From assembly GCA_964016885.1 (NCBI GenBank), contig OZ024753.1, positions 32,240,001-32,304,000 of the forward strand: DNA of 64,000 bases. Reading direction: 5' to 3'. The notes under the pieces were generated by a model. That model searched no databases, was not told the DNA's origin, and saw only the letters and a program-made list of their open reading frames with translations. Both the position numbers and the translations under genes were made by a program. The stretch comes from Eledone cirrhosa. Taxonomy: Eukaryota. Shown here one piece after another: positions 61,651 through 64,000 of the stretch. Each line of letters begins with the position of its first letter. The first letter of the stretch is position 1.

Positions 61651-62296
61651 TTGTGTGCGTGAGTGTGTGTATGAGTACGTGCATATGTGTAAAGAGAGAA
61701 AAGACAGATTATTAATTTATTAATTTCGGAGTTGTACGGCGAATGTTCCAGTTATTCAAACAACGGTACAATCTTAATTAAAGTGCAAGTGTTTCAGAAT
61801 TCGACAGACGCGTGTAACGCAGTTTTCAAGGAACCTCAGGTAACCACAATGTAAAATGGTGGTGCTTGTGCCACGATAAAATGCATCAATGACACTCGAT
61901 ATAGTGGCAGTGATGGTGCTATTTTAAAATGCAATCTGTACAATTTTTGAACTTATAGTACTGCTGCCATGATAAAATGCGCCCTATACAATCTGTAGCT
62001 GGTACCACTATAAACAGCCTCTAGTACAATCTGTAAATGAGTTGTGCCAGTGATATTATAAGATGCACCCAACACATAATAAGGTTAACATCAGGAACGG
62101 ACTCCAGCTGCTAGAACACTGCAGCTACAACACGCAGCATTTAAAGCACAGTATTTCCGTTCGTGACAACATGATGAATTCTCCCAGCATTGAAAAGAAA
62201 CGTAAATTGATAATGAATGTAAATAAATAAATAAATATATATATATATATATACTTATGATCTAAAGATTCGACACACACGCCTCCCCCCCACCCT

Positions 62297-62367
<71 letters not shown>

Positions 62368-62440
62368 TTATGTGATTGTTTGAAACTGACTGGAGGTTTG
62401 GGAAGTAATCGTATATAAATATTTAATGATCTAATTCTCT

Positions 62441-62484
<44 letters not shown>

Positions 62485-62486
<2 letters not shown>

Positions 62487-62554
62487 GGAACGAAATTTCA
62501 TTTCTCACTCTTAGTACGGCTGTTACTTAAATATAAGTACCGGTAAATCCGTAC

Positions 62555-62585
<31 letters not shown>

Positions 62586-62622
62586 CTACTGTACGTCTGT
62601 ATACATATATGTATGTACGTAT
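62485..62622. mobile_element. diverged relic of retrozyme family B
   Basis: AACGAAATTTCATTTCTCACTCTTAGTA..TTACTTAAAT.TAAGTA, then the opposite-orientation CTACTGTACGTCTGTATACATATATGTATGTACGTA. Confidence 0.8.
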
Positions 62623-64000
62623 AAATACTTTTATATATATATATATTCAGCCGTCTGTCAAAACCAAAAGCAATGAAATGGAAAACACCATATTTCTTGG
62701 GGTTTCTGCATTGTTATCTAATTCTAGGAACCAAGAACTGTTCAGCCTTCAGACAAATTTCAAATGATAAGTTTGTTAATTAAATGAATCCTTCGATGAA
62801 CTGAAATATCAGTTTCATTTCCGCCAAGAAAGCAATCTATATTTATTATCTGTCAGCCATATTAGAAATGGTGTTATGAATAAACGATACATCAAGAAAT
62901 TACACTTCTTGTTGAGAGATACTCTATTTGTGTCGGCAACATGCAGGTATAATAATATTCTAACATAGCTGAATAAAACTAGACGTTCAGCACCATATTC
63001 CTGACAGGTTTTGTTCCAGACATGGGCGGAATCATCAGTTTTTTCCCACCAGCAAATTTCACGTAAATAACTTTTAACTATACATTTCTTATATATTAAA
63101 AGCACATTATGAAGGTGAAAATGCTATCCCTACACTTTAACCATAATTAATGTATGGACAAAAAACTCCCGATGGGATCGTAGGTGTGTCGTAGTGACAT
63201 ATGGCATTTTGGGGGCATTTTAAACTTGGCGGATCCCATCCCTCTCCGGGTCTGAGCACAGCAGATTCCATCAAGAGAAACAGAGAGGAAGAGAGAAAGA
63301 AATATAGAGAAAGAATCATCTACAGTACTAAACTGATACTTATTTTATCAACTACATAAAACTGAAATGCAAAGTTGACATCCGCGCGATTCGACGGTCA
63401 ACGACTCTACCTCTTCACCGCCTAACTCTAGTAGGATAAATGTATAAATGCTTTTATATTCACACAATGTTTGGAAGCCATAACTAAGGATAAATATACG
63501 TAAAATAGGTAAAGACATCCCCCAATGTGCCGAAGCTGGGGTAACCTAAATATCTAGTTTATACAATGTCCAATCATGATTATGTTCGGACTAAAAGTGA
63601 TGGTAGACCATCAATTGCCGGAAAATCAGTGTCTTATCTGAACTACTATTATTATTCATGTTATGACCATTATCATTATTTCCCGGATTCTGTAGAATTT
63701 TCCGCAACTTTATAAGAAATATTACAGCATTTTATTGAAGTTTGAGCTGATAAATTCTCGAAAAGATGGTAATCCAATTTTGTGCATTTATCTCAGTTCC
63801 GTTTTAAAATGTATGCACTCTAAAAGGAAGCACAAATTATAGACAGGAAAGACTTGCATAAATATCACAGAAAATCGATAATTTAAGCAAGTATTTGGAA
63901 AAATACTGTAAGTTGTGTAACAAAAATAAAAACTTGTTTCGCGGAAACTTCAAACAGTAACACGCTAAATTTTTATTAACGTTTCCAATATAACATACAC

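Overview
Very AT-rich animal DNA with multi-kb (TA)n-derived microsatellites. The SINE and LINE content recalls Octopus/coleoid genomes (inference from memory, unverified). No host gene can be supported with confidence, and most ORFs in the track are YI/IY microsatellite artefacts. Real coding sequence is retroelement-derived: a near-intact Naiad-type Penelope-like element (PLE; RT plus GIY-YIG, 23998-26367) inside 4.3-kb inverted repeats, a decayed second PLE with a twin-priming-type inversion, and RTE, CR1-like and Tx1-like LINE fragments. There are also many tRNA-derived SINEs. The main hidden signal is a hammerhead-ribozyme (HHR) system. Two homologous non-coding tandem arrays (467-bp and 466-bp monomers, one type I HHR per monomer, with covarying stems) look like retrozymes. 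Further HHRs lie in PLE ends and small foldback elements, including one with a ~116-nt stem II. Six HHR/PLE insertions share one architecture: they sit in (TA)n and are head-to-head inverted, with the RNA 3' ends pointing outward.
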